Below are positions 63,790 through 64,000 of a stretch of DNA of 64,000 nucleotides, one piece after another. Position numbers and translations under genes: made by a program. How positions within the stretch are numbered: position 1 is the stretch's first letter; the number at the start of each line of letters is the position of its first letter. The notes under the pieces were generated by a model. That model was not told the origin of the DNA. It made no database searches and saw only the letters and a list, made by a program, of their open reading frames with translations. The DNA lies in NCBI RefSeq assembly GCF_963921235.1, contig NC_086097.1:212228001-212292000 (forward strand). Direction: 5' to 3'. The stretch comes from Mobula hypostoma. Its lineage: Eukaryota.

Positions 63790-64000
63790 AAACAATAGAC
63801 AATAGGTGCAGGAGTAGGCCATTCGGCCCTTTGAGCCAGCACCGCCATTCACTGTGATCATGGCTGATCGTGGTTTACAATTCTCTGCAGATTACTTTGA
63901 TCCTGTGCAGTAGCCAGCCCACCCCACTTCACGCTACTGTATCAGACAGTGATGCAGCCAGTTAAAATGCTCCCCATGGTACATGTGTAGAAATTTGTGA
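63790..64000 (-). mobile_element. CR1 3' tail (63790-63868) followed by a Rex/Babar fragment
   Basis: The tail matches the young CR1 3' UTR; the remainder reads TNFYTCTMGSILTGCITV on the minus strand. Confidence 0.75.

Overview
Vertebrate genomic DNA, not prokaryotic. The repeat complement (CR1, Rex/Babar, V-SINE, Penelope-type hairpins) points to a cartilaginous fish, probably a ray; this is an inference. Most of the window is transposon-derived. The only host-gene feature I can support is a CpG-island promoter and first coding exon on the minus strand (15088-15125, MAFVKKHQRRKER, GT donor) that resembles NSMAF/FAN exon 1. On that reading 1-15087 is intron 1 and everything above ~15.4 kb is upstream sequence. 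Elements present: old and young CR1 LINEs, Rex/Babar and RTE fragments, a Gypsy LTR element with both LTRs and a TSD but no protease, a truncated PNMA-gag Gypsy element, an R4/Dong-Penelope-CR1 nested stack, and Tigger, Tc1 and hAT remnants. Most notable: (1) a 93 x 32-bp minisatellite that arose inside the PNMA-type gag from a 6-bp microhomology and shows higher-order duplications; (2) a Tigger derivative with a non-coding segment that closely resembles, from memory, human MER2 (horizontal-transfer candidate); (3) four copies of a ~650-bp non-coding retroposon with a YY1-type head and a Rex-like tail. I found no CRISPR array and no intact novel protein-coding system. All family names come from recalled motifs, not database searches.
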